Positions 1 through 9,562 of a stretch of DNA of 64,000 nucleotides are shown in pieces; position 1 is the stretch's first letter; the number at the start of each line of letters is the position of its first letter. The DNA is from Spirochaetia bacterium (GTDB lineage: Bacteria; Spirochaetota; Spirochaetia; DSM-2461): the NCBI GenBank assembly GCA_963666985.2, contig CAXXIA010000002.1, positions 1,024,001 to 1,088,000 of the forward strand, in the 5' to 3' direction. The notes beneath the pieces were generated by a model. The model saw only the letters and a list, made by a program, of their open reading frames with translations. It was not told the origin of the DNA and searched no databases. A program made the translations under genes and the position numbers.

Positions 1-1178
1 CAAACACCCAAATCGATTTCATCCAAATCGACGACGGATACCAAACCGCGGTAGGAGACTGGCTGAACCTTACTCCTGAATTCGAGGGTCAAATGAAAAT
101 GCTTGCCGACGAAATTCGGACGGCGGGATTCAAACCGGGCCTTTGGATTGCGCCTTTCGTTGCGGCCGGCAAATCTCGGGTACTGTCGATTCATCCCGAA
201 TACGCCCTTCGTGATGAACATGGAAAAAAAATCGCCGCCGGTTTTAATTTCTTCTGGCCAGGCCGTTATTATTACGGCCTTGATATCACCAATCCGCGAT
301 TCGAAGAATATCTTCGCAAAGTTATCCGGACGATTGTCGGCGAATGGGGTTTTCCCTATCTCAAATGCGATTTCCTCTTCGGCGGCTGTCTCCGCGGGGG
401 AACTCATCATGAACTGAAACTTTCCCGGGCCGAGGTGCTCAGAAAGGGAATGCGGATTATCAGAGAAGAATCCGAAAAAGCGACACGGGACGATACTTTC
501 ATCGTCGGCTGCGGAATGCCTCTTTCCGCAGGCATCGGAACGGTGGATGCCATGCGTATCGGTCCGGATACGGGAGACTACTGGATTCATAAGCAGGGCA
601 AGCTGCTGCGTACCGGCGCCATGGTGGGTGTTCGCAACAGCATCCGCAACAGCTTCGTCCGCGGAGCGATGCATAATACTCTCTGGCTCAACGATCCGGA
701 CTGTCTCATGCTGCGCAAAGAAGGAACACGGCTGAGCGCCGCGCAGCGGAGAACCCAAATAAACGCCATCCTACTCACCGGCGGTATTCTGCTTTATTCG
801 GACGATTTCGGCAAACTTGATCCTTCGATCGTCCGGGAACTTCCCGCGATTCAATCGATTTCCGACGCCTGTTTCGGCGGGAGGCTGATCGTTTTGGATC
901 TCATGGACCGGGAATTGCCGCAAATCGCTCTGAACACGGCCGGATACCTCGGCGTCTTTAATATGCACGCCGCGCATGCCGACATCACCATTCCCATACA
1001 TAGACTCTTCTCTTCCGCCCAGTCCGTCACCGCCGAATGGAAGCAAAAATGGCGCAATCCGCGATCACTCCGTGAAGTGTGGAACGGTGAGGGAATAATG
1101 ATAAAAAGCTCGGAAATTAATTTCGGAACGCTCGGCCCTTATGAGTCGAGGCTGTATAAACTTGAAGAAACGCCGTAA
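1..1178 (+). CDS. Alpha-galactosidase, glycoside hydrolase family 36 (5'-truncated by window edge)
   Basis: Frame is open upstream of the listed ATG 93 and reads ...IDFIQIDDGYQTAVGDW. Also has the GLWIAPF, YLKCDFL, MRIGPD and NDPDCL motifs typical of GH36. Confidence 0.85.
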   Translation, partial: NTQIDFIQIDDGYQTAVGDWLNLTPEFEGQMKMLADEIRTAGFKPGLWIAPFVAAGKSRVLSIHPEYALRDEHGKKIAAGFNFFWPGRYYYGLDITNPRFEEYLRKVIRTIVGEWGFPYLKCDFLFGGCLRGGTHHELKLSRAEVLRKGMRIIREESEKATRDDTFIVGCGMPLSAGIGTVDAMRIGPDTGDYWIHKQGKLLRTGAMVGVRNSIRNSFVRGAMHNTLWLNDPDCLMLRKEGTRLSAAQRRTQINAILLTGGILLYSDDFGKLDPSIVRELPAIQSISDACFGGRLIVLDLMDRELPQIALNTAGYLGVFNMHAAHADITIPIHRLFSSAQSVTAEWKQKWRNPRSLREVWNGEGIMIKSSEINFGTLGPYESRLYKLEETP

Positions 1179-1198
1179 GAGGCGCACAATACTGAAAA

Positions 1199-2122
1199 AT
1201 GAAACATCTCTTCGGTCCGGTTCCCTCAAGAAGACTGGGACGCTCTCTCGGAATTGATTTGGTTCCCTATAAGGTTTGTTCCTTCGACTGTATCTACTGC
1301 CAGCTGGGAAGAACAACGGAAAAAACCATAAAAAGAAAGACTTATGTTAACGCCGAAGAGATTCTCCGAGAGCTGGAAGACAAACTGAGAACCGATGAGG
1401 GAATCGATTATCTGACACTCTCCGGATCGGGTGAGCCCACCTTGTGTTCCGAAACCGGAAGAATCATCAAAGAAATAAAGAACATAACGGATCTTCCTGT
1501 AGCGGTCCTTACAAACGGTTCCCTGCTGTGGCGCGAAGAGGTGTGCGCCGGGATTGAAGAAGCGGATCTGATTATTCCCTCGCTCGACGCCGGAGACGAA
1601 GCTTCTTTTCAAATCGTCAACAGACCGTGCAAAGAATTGCGGTTTGATAAAGTCGTTGACGGACTGATTCAATTTTCAAAGAAGAATCCCGGGAAGATTC
1701 GGCTTGAAATCTTCCTTTTGGACGGGATCACTTCATCCGTTTCCGAAGTTGAAAAAATAAGCAAAATCGCGGAAAGAATAAACCCGTCCAAAATCCAGCT
1801 GAATACGGTAAAACGGCCTCCCGCCGAATCCTCCGCACTCCCCATACCGGAACTTAAAATGAAGGAACTCTCCGAATGCTTCACACTGCCGACGGAAATC
1901 ATCGCGGACTATAAAAGTCCCGTAAACGACAATTTTTTCTCGGCCGGCAAAAATGACATAATCAGTCTCCTGGAACGCCGGCCCTGCAGCCTTAACGACA
2001 TCTCCGACGGATTGGGACTGCATAAAAATGAAATCCTGAAATACACGGAAGAACTGGTGAAACAAGGCTTCATAACAACAAACACACAGAACGGCATTCT
2101 CTTTTATTCAAAAATGAAGTGA
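1199..2122 (+). CDS. Radical SAM protein (FGPVPSRRLGRSLG type) with C-terminal HTH-like region
   Basis: CSFDCIYC CxxxCxxC motif; SGSGEPT and TNGSLL motifs. Confidence 0.85.
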   Translation: MKHLFGPVPSRRLGRSLGIDLVPYKVCSFDCIYCQLGRTTEKTIKRKTYVNAEEILRELEDKLRTDEGIDYLTLSGSGEPTLCSETGRIIKEIKNITDLPVAVLTNGSLLWREEVCAGIEEADLIIPSLDAGDEASFQIVNRPCKELRFDKVVDGLIQFSKKNPGKIRLEIFLLDGITSSVSEVEKISKIAERINPSKIQLNTVKRPPAESSALPIPELKMKELSECFTLPTEIIADYKSPVNDNFFSAGKNDIISLLERRPCSLNDISDGLGLHKNEILKYTEELVKQGFITTNTQNGILFYSKMK

Positions 2123-2292
2123 ATGGAATCATCGTTCTTACGATTCGGCCGCCGCGGCACGAAGAAAGAAAATTCCTGCTCATGAAAACCGCTTTCCGAC
2201 AATGATTCCTTGAGCCTATGTTACTTATAACTAATATTATTTATTCACACAAATATTAATGTATGATAAATATTGAACCAAGGAGAACTGTC

Positions 2293-2643
2293 ATGACGAA
2301 AGAACTGCTGGTAACGGCAACAGCCTTCGGACTTTTTGTGGTATGCCCCAGAATGGCCGGAATGACCCATATACTCAAAACACATTCAAGCGTCCCCATC
2401 CTCTCAACGGTCTTGTTGGGAGTTCTGATTTCCATTCCCCTTCTCTTGCTGATGGTTTTTGTCTTTTCCAAAGCCGGTATCTGGGGTGCTCTGGCGGTTT
2501 GTGTCGCAACCGATTTGGGAGCGGCCTTATTAATGAAGGAAATCAGCTTTAAAGCGGGTATCGAGACTTTAATCATCGCGATTTTCGTTATTATCGGTGT
2601 TAAAATCGCCCCTCTGATTTCCGGGCTTTTTCACGGGAAATAA
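2293..2643 (+). CDS. Small hypothetical integral membrane protein (~4 TM)
   Basis: AGGAGA RBS before ATG 2293; hydrophobic throughout. Confidence 0.65.
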   Translation: MTKELLVTATAFGLFVVCPRMAGMTHILKTHSSVPILSTVLLGVLISIPLLLLMVFVFSKAGIWGALAVCVATDLGAALLMKEISFKAGIETLIIAIFVIIGVKIAPLISGLFHGK

Positions 2644-2778
2644 ACCGGCCTCCGCGTTTCCCGCACGAATCGCGGCATGCCGACTCATCCGTTTACATGC
2701 CGCTCCGGAGAGAATACAATTCCCTGGTGTTTTCCCAAGGGTAAGAACCCAATATTTTCAGTTATCAAGGATTGAACT

Positions 2779-3585
2779 ATGAAGAAGATTCTGTTCTCAG
2801 CGACTCTGCTGCTTTCGGTTCTCGCTTTCGCCTCCGCTTCCGGGAATAAAGAATCCGCCGGAGATGATTCTCTGAGCTTCATTCAAGACAAAGGGACCTT
2901 CGTTCTCGGTTTGGACGACAGTTTTCCTCCCATGGGTTTCCGGGATTCGAACGGTGAAATCGCCGGATTCGATATCGACCTGGCCGCCGAAGTCTGCAAG
3001 CGAATGGGCGTCGAGCTTGTTCTGCAGCCCATCGACTGGGATTCCAAAATTTTGGATCTCAACAGCGGAGACATCGACGTTATCTGGAACGGCCTCACCA
3101 TCACCGATGAACGCAAGGAAAAAATCAGCTTTTCAAAGCCTTACCTCGCCAACCGGCAAATCGTTATCGTTAAGGCCGGTTCGGGCATCAACCGCAAAGC
3201 GGATCTGGCGGGGAAGAAAGTCGGCCTCCAGATGGGAAGCAGCGCCAACGACGCCGTTGAGTCCGATCCGGAAACTCTGGCGACCTTCGCCGAACTGGTT
3301 CTCTTCCAGGACAACGTACAGGCTCTGATGGACCTGGAAATCGGCCGCATCGACGCCGTGGTGGCGGATGAGATTCTCGGCCGTTACTACATCAGCCAAA
3401 AGGCGGGAGTCTTCTCGGTCGCCGCCGACAATTTCGGCGAGGAGCAGTACGGAATCGGTTTCCGCAAAAACGATACGTCCTTCGTCGCCGAAGTCGATCG
3501 TATCCTGGATGAAATGGACGCCGACGGCACCGCCGCGAAAATCTCCAGGAAGTGGTTCGGAGAAGACGTTCTTCTCGATCGTTAG
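2779..3585 (+). CDS. Polar amino-acid ABC transporter substrate-binding protein
   Basis: Signal peptide; GLDDSFPPMGF, GFDIDLA and DVIWNGLTITDERK motifs (SBP family 3). Confidence 0.9.
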   Translation: MKKILFSATLLLSVLAFASASGNKESAGDDSLSFIQDKGTFVLGLDDSFPPMGFRDSNGEIAGFDIDLAAEVCKRMGVELVLQPIDWDSKILDLNSGDIDVIWNGLTITDERKEKISFSKPYLANRQIVIVKAGSGINRKADLAGKKVGLQMGSSANDAVESDPETLATFAELVLFQDNVQALMDLEIGRIDAVVADEILGRYYISQKAGVFSVAADNFGEEQYGIGFRKNDTSFVAEVDRILDEMDADGTAAKISRKWFGEDVLLDR

Positions 3586-3600
3586 TCCTTTTCGCGACTG

Positions 3601-4248
3601 ATGACATACTTGATTGATACGGCGCTGTTCATCCTTCAGGGGTGCGGCGTTACTCTGAATCTTTTCGCCATTACCCTGGCGGGCTCGCTCCCGCTGGGGT
3701 TTGTATGCGCCATGGTAAAAACATCCGGCTGGAAGCCATTCCGCATTATAATGGAAGCCTACACATCCATCGCCCGAGGCACGCCGCTGCTCCTGCAGCT
3801 TTTTTTCGTTTACTACGGACTTCCCATTATTTTTCCGGGATTTCGGCTGGAACGATTCACGGCCGCGGCCGTTACGTTCATCCTGAACTACGGAGCCTAC
3901 TTCACCGAAATCTTCCGGGGCGGCATCCAGTCCATTGCTCGGGGACAGTACGAAGCGGCGCGGGTTCTGGGGATGTCTTACCCGAAAACCATGCTGCGCA
4001 TCATTCTGCCGCAAACCCTCAAAAGAGTTCTGCCGCCGGTGGCCAACGAGTCCATCACACTCGTGAAAGACACGGCCCTCGTCGTGGTTCTCGGTATCGG
4101 GGAAATCCTGCGGAATTCCAAGCAGGTCGTTTCCCGGGACTTTACCGTTACGCCGTTCGTTCTGGCCGCGGGAATCTATCTAATTCTTAATTACGCCCTG
4201 GTCCTCTTCTTCCGGAGGATAGAGAAGAGGTACTCGGTTTATGAATGA
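3601..4248 (+). CDS. Polar amino-acid ABC transporter permease
   Basis: [10 protein letters not shown] and [18 protein letters not shown] (EAA loop) motifs. Confidence 0.9.
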   Translation: MTYLIDTALFILQGCGVTLNLFAITLAGSLPLGFVCAMVKTSGWKPFRIIMEAYTSIARGTPLLLQLFFVYYGLPIIFPGFRLERFTAAAVTFILNYGAYFTEIFRGGIQSIARGQYEAARVLGMSYPKTMLRIILPQTLKRVLPPVANESITLVKDTALVVVLGIGEILRNSKQVVSRDFTVTPFVLAAGIYLILNYALVLFFRRIEKRYSVYE

Positions 4249-4999
4249 TTCCGATATCATGCTTTCCGTGAAAGGACTCAGAAAATCCTTCGGCCATCTT
4301 GAAGTTCTTAAAGGGATTGATCTCCAGGTGGGCCGCGGGGAAATCCTTTCGGTCATCGGTCCTTCGGGATCGGGAAAGAGCACCTTGCTTCGAAGTCTTA
4401 TTGCTCTTGAAAAAGTCGACGACGGAGACATCGTCATCGAAGGCCGGCCCATCGCTCTGAGCGGTCATGACCATATCAGCGATGCGAAAATTCGGGAACG
4501 GTGCCGAAAACTCGGCATGGTGTTCCAGAACTTCAACCTTTTTCCCCACAAAACGGCCTTGGGAAATGTTATCGAAGGTCTTGTGGCGGTGCTGAAAACA
4601 GATAAGGAAACCGCCGTCGCGAAAGGCGAGAAACTCCTGGCCAAGGTGGGGCTCTCGGATAAACGGGACGTCTATCCCTGTTATCTTTCCGGCGGTCAGC
4701 GGCAGCGGGTGGCCATCGCCCGGGCCCTGGCCATGGATCCGGACGTAATGCTCTTCGACGAGCCTACGAGCGCCCTGGACCCGGAACTCATCGGCGAGGT
4801 GCTGGCGGTTATCAAGGAACTCGCCGCTGAAAAAATGACCATGATTGTCGTTACCCATGAAATGGGCTTTGCCCGGGAAGTTTCCGATCGGGTTATCTTC
4901 ATGGACGGCGGTCTCATTCTGGAAGAAGCGGCGCCGGAGAAACTCTTTTCCAATCCCGATCATCAGAGGATTCGCGCTTTTTTAGACAAGATGCTCTGA
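4241..4999 (+). CDS. Polar amino-acid ABC transporter ATP-binding protein
   Basis: Walker [35 protein letters not shown]. Confidence 0.92.
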   Translation: MNDSDIMLSVKGLRKSFGHLEVLKGIDLQVGRGEILSVIGPSGSGKSTLLRSLIALEKVDDGDIVIEGRPIALSGHDHISDAKIRERCRKLGMVFQNFNLFPHKTALGNVIEGLVAVLKTDKETAVAKGEKLLAKVGLSDKRDVYPCYLSGGQRQRVAIARALAMDPDVMLFDEPTSALDPELIGEVLAVIKELAAEKMTMIVVTHEMGFAREVSDRVIFMDGGLILEEAAPEKLFSNPDHQRIRAFLDKML

Positions 5000-5213
5000 T
5001 AAGTCGGTTCCGGAATCATTTCCTTTCCGCCGCAAACGCCCCCCGCCGATCCTGTAGAAAAAATGAAATCTTCCGTGTATGATCATAACGTCGGCACCTC
5101 CGAAATCATTAAGGAGGTGTCCATTATTTGAAAAGCAAATCCATTTAATATGGAAAAAAACGTGGTAAGTTTATTCCGGCCCGCCACAATAAGAGGCAAA
5201 TTAGGATAGGCCG

Positions 5214-5642
5214 ATGAAGCTGTCCCGCAAATGTGAATATGCCCTTCTCGCCCTGATTGACATCGGCCTCAATGGAAAAACAAATCCTGTGAAGATTGGA
5301 GATATCTGTGAGCGCAAGGATATCCCTAAAAAATTTCTGGAACAGATTCTTCTCATTCTTAAAGGATCGGGTTATGTGAAAAGCCGAAGGGGATCGGAAG
5401 GAGGTTATATGTTGGCTAAACCCTCGTCGGAAATCTCCTTAGCCGAGGTGGTTCGGCTTTTCGATGGTGCCCTGGCCCCCGTCGAATCGGTAAGTTCCTA
5501 TTTCTTTGAACACACCCCCGTAGAAAAAAGTCCGGCTCTCCTCTCCCTGTTCCAAGAAATCAGAGATTACATCTCCACTCTGATGGAAACCACCACCCTG
5601 GCTGATATTCTCTGCAGAGAGAAGGAAGTGGATTGCTCTTGA
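5214..5642 (+). CDS. Rrf2-family transcriptional regulator (CymR-like, lacks the IscR three-Cys cluster motif)
   Basis: MKLSRKCEYALLAL, IPKKFLEQIL, VKSRRGSEGGYMLAK, DGALAPVESVS. Confidence 0.88.
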   Translation: MKLSRKCEYALLALIDIGLNGKTNPVKIGDICERKDIPKKFLEQILLILKGSGYVKSRRGSEGGYMLAKPSSEISLAEVVRLFDGALAPVESVSSYFFEHTPVEKSPALLSLFQEIRDYISTLMETTTLADILCREKEVDCS

Positions 5643-5700
5643 GTTTTTTTCATCCGTTGTCTACCTTATCGGTATAGATAGTAGACATAGGAGCGTATAA

Positions 5701-6660
5701 ATGAAGAAAACACATACGACCGCAGTGATGTTGGCATTAATGCTGACGGCGGTCGTTCTTACAGCTTCCTGCAGCGGTGATCGTTCGTCCGAAAACAGCG
5801 GAACGAAAAAACAGGATTCCCTCAGCATCTCCGGAGCATTCGCTCTGTATCCCATGGTTGTTCTTTGGGCTGAAGAATATAAAAAGGAGAATCCCGACAT
5901 CCGTATCGATATTACCGCCGGAGGCGCCGGAAAAGGTATGGCCGATACTCTTGCCAAAGCCGTGGACTTCGGAATGGTATCTCGCGGCATTTACCCGGAA
6001 GAATCGGAACAAGGCGCCACCGCCTTCCCGGTGGCTCGGGACGCCGTGGTGGGCACCATAAACGCCAACCATCCCCTGGCCGAGGAGATTACTCGGAACG
6101 GTATGACTCGGGATGACTTATCCTCTTTATTCTTAGGTACCGGTAAAGGACGATATCCCCTTTCCTCTTTCACCGTCTACACCCGAAGCGATTCCTCAGG
6201 AGCGGCTCAAATGTGGGCGGAATACCTTGGAGCGGCATCCCAAGACGAAATTATCGGAACCGGAGTATCCGGAGATCCGGGGCTCCTCGAAGCTGTACGG
6301 CAGGATAGAACGGGCATAGGCTTCAACAATATCGGCTATGCCTATTCCCATGAAACCGGCAGGCCTTATGACGGGATTATGGTAATTCCGCTCGACCTTG
6401 ACTCCAGCCGAATGCTGGAAACCTCCGAACGGTTTTATTCCAGCCTCTCCGATATCGCCCGGGCCGTGAAAGAAGGAGTTTATCCTGCACCACCCGCCAG
6501 AGATCTCTATCTGGTTACCAAGGGAATACCTTCCGATGGAACCGTCAGAGACTTCCTGGAATGGGTCCTTACAGACGGCCAAGCCTTTGTCGAAAATGCC
6601 GGGTACATTCCGGTCGCTTCCGACCAGATTGAGTCGGCGCTTGGAAAGCTCGGCCGGTGA
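5701..6660 (+). CDS. pstS: PstS-family ABC substrate-binding lipoprotein
   Basis: Lipobox LTASC; ISGAFALYPM, GGAGKG and TRSDSSGAA motifs. Substrate not proven. Confidence 0.75.
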   Translation: MKKTHTTAVMLALMLTAVVLTASCSGDRSSENSGTKKQDSLSISGAFALYPMVVLWAEEYKKENPDIRIDITAGGAGKGMADTLAKAVDFGMVSRGIYPEESEQGATAFPVARDAVVGTINANHPLAEEITRNGMTRDDLSSLFLGTGKGRYPLSSFTVYTRSDSSGAAQMWAEYLGAASQDEIIGTGVSGDPGLLEAVRQDRTGIGFNNIGYAYSHETGRPYDGIMVIPLDLDSSRMLETSERFYSSLSDIARAVKEGVYPAPPARDLYLVTKGIPSDGTVRDFLEWVLTDGQAFVENAGYIPVASDQIESALGKLGR

Positions 6661-7631
6661 GCACCGCCCTACCCGCCACACAGCATAATCCTGCAGGGGC
6701 GGCCCCATTATCGGTTTCCACTTCAATCAACTGCGAAAAGGCTCAAAGATCCTCCGTATTCGGAAACCTTTTGAGGATAGCAGGCGCGTCGGCGGCGGTC
6801 CTACTCGCCCTGGTTCAGGCCCTCCTTTTGACCACCCTTATCCTGAAAGCCGCCGGTTCCATCATCGAGTTAGGACCGATAAGGCTCTTCTTCAGCCTTG
6901 AATGGCGGCCCAGCAGGGGAGAGTTCGGCTTAGCATCATTTGCGTTTGGAAGCCTTGCCGTCTGTGTTGTGGCACTCCTTTTAGCCGTACCCATTGGAAT
7001 CTTGGCCGCTACGGCACTCACCGAATATATGCCTGAGGGGCCCAGGCGTATCTTGCGTTCACTCATCGATCTTCTCTCCGGTATCCCTTCGGTCGTCTAT
7101 GGCCTCTGGGGAGTGGTTACCGTGGTGCCCGTCATAAGAAACCTGGCTCCTGCGGGATCGGGTGTTACCGGATATTGCGTTCTTGCCGCGGGACTGGTAC
7201 TGGCCGTCATGGTGCTGCCTATTATCATCCAGTTATCTTGCCAGGCGCTGGACGCCGTTCCCATAGGACTGAGAGAGGCATCCCTGTCCTTGGGTGCCCA
7301 AAAGGGACACACCGTGGCGTCCGTAACCCTTCGTCGGGCTATGCCGGGCTTGGGTTCCGCCGTCCTTTTGGCTTTCGCACGGGCCGCCGGGGAAACCATG
7401 ACCGTGGCGATGGTGGCCGGAAGTGTCGCTCAAATTCCTCGAGGACTCCTTGATCCGGTCTATCCCCTGCCGGCCCTCATCGCAAATACCTACGGAGAGC
7501 TCTTGTCCGTTCCCAGTTACGAAGGGGCCGTAATGACTGCGGCACTCCTATTAATCGTCTTTGAGGCCCTGTTCATCGTTATAAGCAGCCTCATTCTGAA
7601 ACGATGGGAGGCCCGACTGTGCGTACAATAA
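6657..7631 (+). CDS. pstC: PstC-like ABC permease
   Basis: LLSGIPSVVYGLWG, REASLSLGA and ARAAGETMTV motifs. Confidence 0.8.
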   Translation: MSTALPATQHNPAGAAPLSVSTSINCEKAQRSSVFGNLLRIAGASAAVLLALVQALLLTTLILKAAGSIIELGPIRLFFSLEWRPSRGEFGLASFAFGSLAVCVVALLLAVPIGILAATALTEYMPEGPRRILRSLIDLLSGIPSVVYGLWGVVTVVPVIRNLAPAGSGVTGYCVLAAGLVLAVMVLPIIIQLSCQALDAVPIGLREASLSLGAQKGHTVASVTLRRAMPGLGSAVLLAFARAAGETMTVAMVAGSVAQIPRGLLDPVYPLPALIANTYGELLSVPSYEGAVMTAALLLIVFEALFIVISSLILKRWEARLCVQ

Positions 7632-8440
7632 GCTATATTGCTCTGGCCCTTGTTCTTATTCTTCTTATCTCGCTTCTTTGGTCCATACTGATTCGGGGTC
7701 TCCCCCTGCTCGATTGGGAAATGCTCACAAAAATTCCATCGGGGGGGTTCTACCTCGGCGGCGAGGGAGGCATTGCCAATGCCATCATCGGATCGCTTTA
7801 TCTGGCGGGCGGCGCCACTGTTCTAGGCTTTTTTCTTGCTTTTTTGGCCGTACTCTGGATGCACGGCGGCACGAATCGAGATTCAAGGGCCCGCCGATCC
7901 TTTCGGCTTCTGGCAACCTGCATGAGCGGAGTGCCGACCGTTATATACGGTGCCTTCGCCTTTCTTGTCATGCAGGCGGCGGGAGTACGAGCCTGCCTGG
8001 GCGCCGGTATTCTGGCGGTGGGATTTTTTGTAACGCCCATAATAGTCAGAGCCCTGGATGAAGCCTTCTTGGCGGTTCCCAACGGATTAATGGAAAGCGT
8101 TCTTGGTCTGGGATCGAATAAAACCAGGGGATTACTCACCGTAGCGGCACGCCAGTCCGTTGGAGGCATCGTTACCGCTCTTATTCTCGGATTTACCAGA
8201 GCTTTGGGGAATTCCGCCACAGTGCTTTTCGCCGCAGGTTTTACCGATTCCATTCCGGATTCCCTTTCCCGGCCGGCGGCATCTCTTCCCTTGGCTGTCT
8301 ACTTCCAGCTCTCCTCCCCTATCGAGGGAGTACGGGAGCGGGCCTTTGCCGCGGCCGCCGTCCTGACGGTTCTCATTCTGATTCTCAGCCTGACAGCCAG
8401 GTTCCTGGAACGGCGGCTCGGCCGCTATATGATCCGCTGA
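7604..8440 (+). CDS. pstA: PstA-like ABC permease
   Basis: GGIANAIIGSL and GVPTVIYGAF motifs; start uncertain (GTG ~7619 possible). Confidence 0.75.
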   Translation: MGGPTVRTISYIALALVLILLISLLWSILIRGLPLLDWEMLTKIPSGGFYLGGEGGIANAIIGSLYLAGGATVLGFFLAFLAVLWMHGGTNRDSRARRSFRLLATCMSGVPTVIYGAFAFLVMQAAGVRACLGAGILAVGFFVTPIIVRALDEAFLAVPNGLMESVLGLGSNKTRGLLTVAARQSVGGIVTALILGFTRALGNSATVLFAAGFTDSIPDSLSRPAASLPLAVYFQLSSPIEGVRERAFAAAAVLTVLILILSLTARFLERRLGRYMIR

Positions 8441-8463
8441 ATTCACATCCAAGGAGGATATCT

Positions 8464-9363
8464 ATGAAAACCTTATCTCAAGGAACGATCGAACGTTCCG
8501 CCGAATCCCTGATAAAACCCCGCCCAACCGTAAGAACAGAGACTGCGGCTCCTTTCGCCTCTTCCCTTGAAACTGAAGACGCAGGCGCCTCTCCCGTAAG
8601 AACCTCCGCCGCCGCCCCCATCGTTACCGATCATCTCTCCGTGTGGTACGGCAGACAGCAAGCCGTTTTTGACATAAGCCTTTCCTTTCCCAGCACGGGA
8701 ATAACAACAGTCATAGGTCCCTCCGGCTGCGGGAAATCCACTCTTCTGCGCACCCTCAATCGGATTGCCGACGAATACGAAGACGTTCGCTACGAAGGAT
8801 CGGTAAAAATCAACGGCATCGAGATTTTGGGACGTAAGGGAAATCTTGAAATCCTGCGCTCCAAATTAGGACTCCTTCTCCAGCGCCCTTACCCCCTCCC
8901 CATGAGCATCTTCGACAACGTGGCTTACGGACTCCGGCTTCAGGGCATCCGTGCCCGTTCGGAACTCGCCGATCGGGTGGAGCATTACCTGCGAATCTGC
9001 CACCTTTGGCATGAAGTGGAATATAAACTCCGAGGCCCCACAAGCGCCCTCTCCGTAGGGCAGCAGCAGCGTCTCTGTCTGGCTCGAGGCCTGGCGGTCG
9101 AACCGGAAATGATTCTCGCCGACGAGGCCACATCCGCTCTGGATCCTATTTCAACAAAAATTATCGAAGAGCTGATGATGGAACAAAAAGAACGCATCGG
9201 GGTTATCTGGGTAACCCACACACTCCGTCAGGCCAGACGCATCGCCGACAGAGCCGTGTTTCTCTACATGGGCAAGCTGGTGGAATGGGGCGAAGCGCCC
9301 GACTTCTTCGATTCGCCCCGAGAAGTCTTAACCGCTGAATACCTCGCGGGAGCCTTCAGTTGA
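8464..9363 (+). CDS. pstB: PstB-like ABC ATPase
   Basis: GPSGCGKSTLLRTLNR, PMSIFDNVAYG, LSVGQQQRLCLAR, DEATSALDP; AGGAGG RBS. Confidence 0.8.
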   Translation: MKTLSQGTIERSAESLIKPRPTVRTETAAPFASSLETEDAGASPVRTSAAAPIVTDHLSVWYGRQQAVFDISLSFPSTGITTVIGPSGCGKSTLLRTLNRIADEYEDVRYEGSVKINGIEILGRKGNLEILRSKLGLLLQRPYPLPMSIFDNVAYGLRLQGIRARSELADRVEHYLRICHLWHEVEYKLRGPTSALSVGQQQRLCLARGLAVEPEMILADEATSALDPISTKIIEELMMEQKERIGVIWVTHTLRQARRIADRAVFLYMGKLVEWGEAPDFFDSPREVLTAEYLAGAFS

Positions 9364-9562
9364 GTTCTCTCAGGATGGTAATCCGGCAAGAACCTTGATC
9401 GGCTCGGCTGTTATCTCACCTTGTCCCTGAGAATCAGAGAGAAGACTCTCTTTCGAGCATACATGTTACGGAGATTCTTCCGGGAAGAATTCCGAGAAGC
9501 CGGCCGTGTTCAAGAGACTTCCGAGGGTTATTTTCAACGAAGCTTAAAAACTTCCGGATTGA

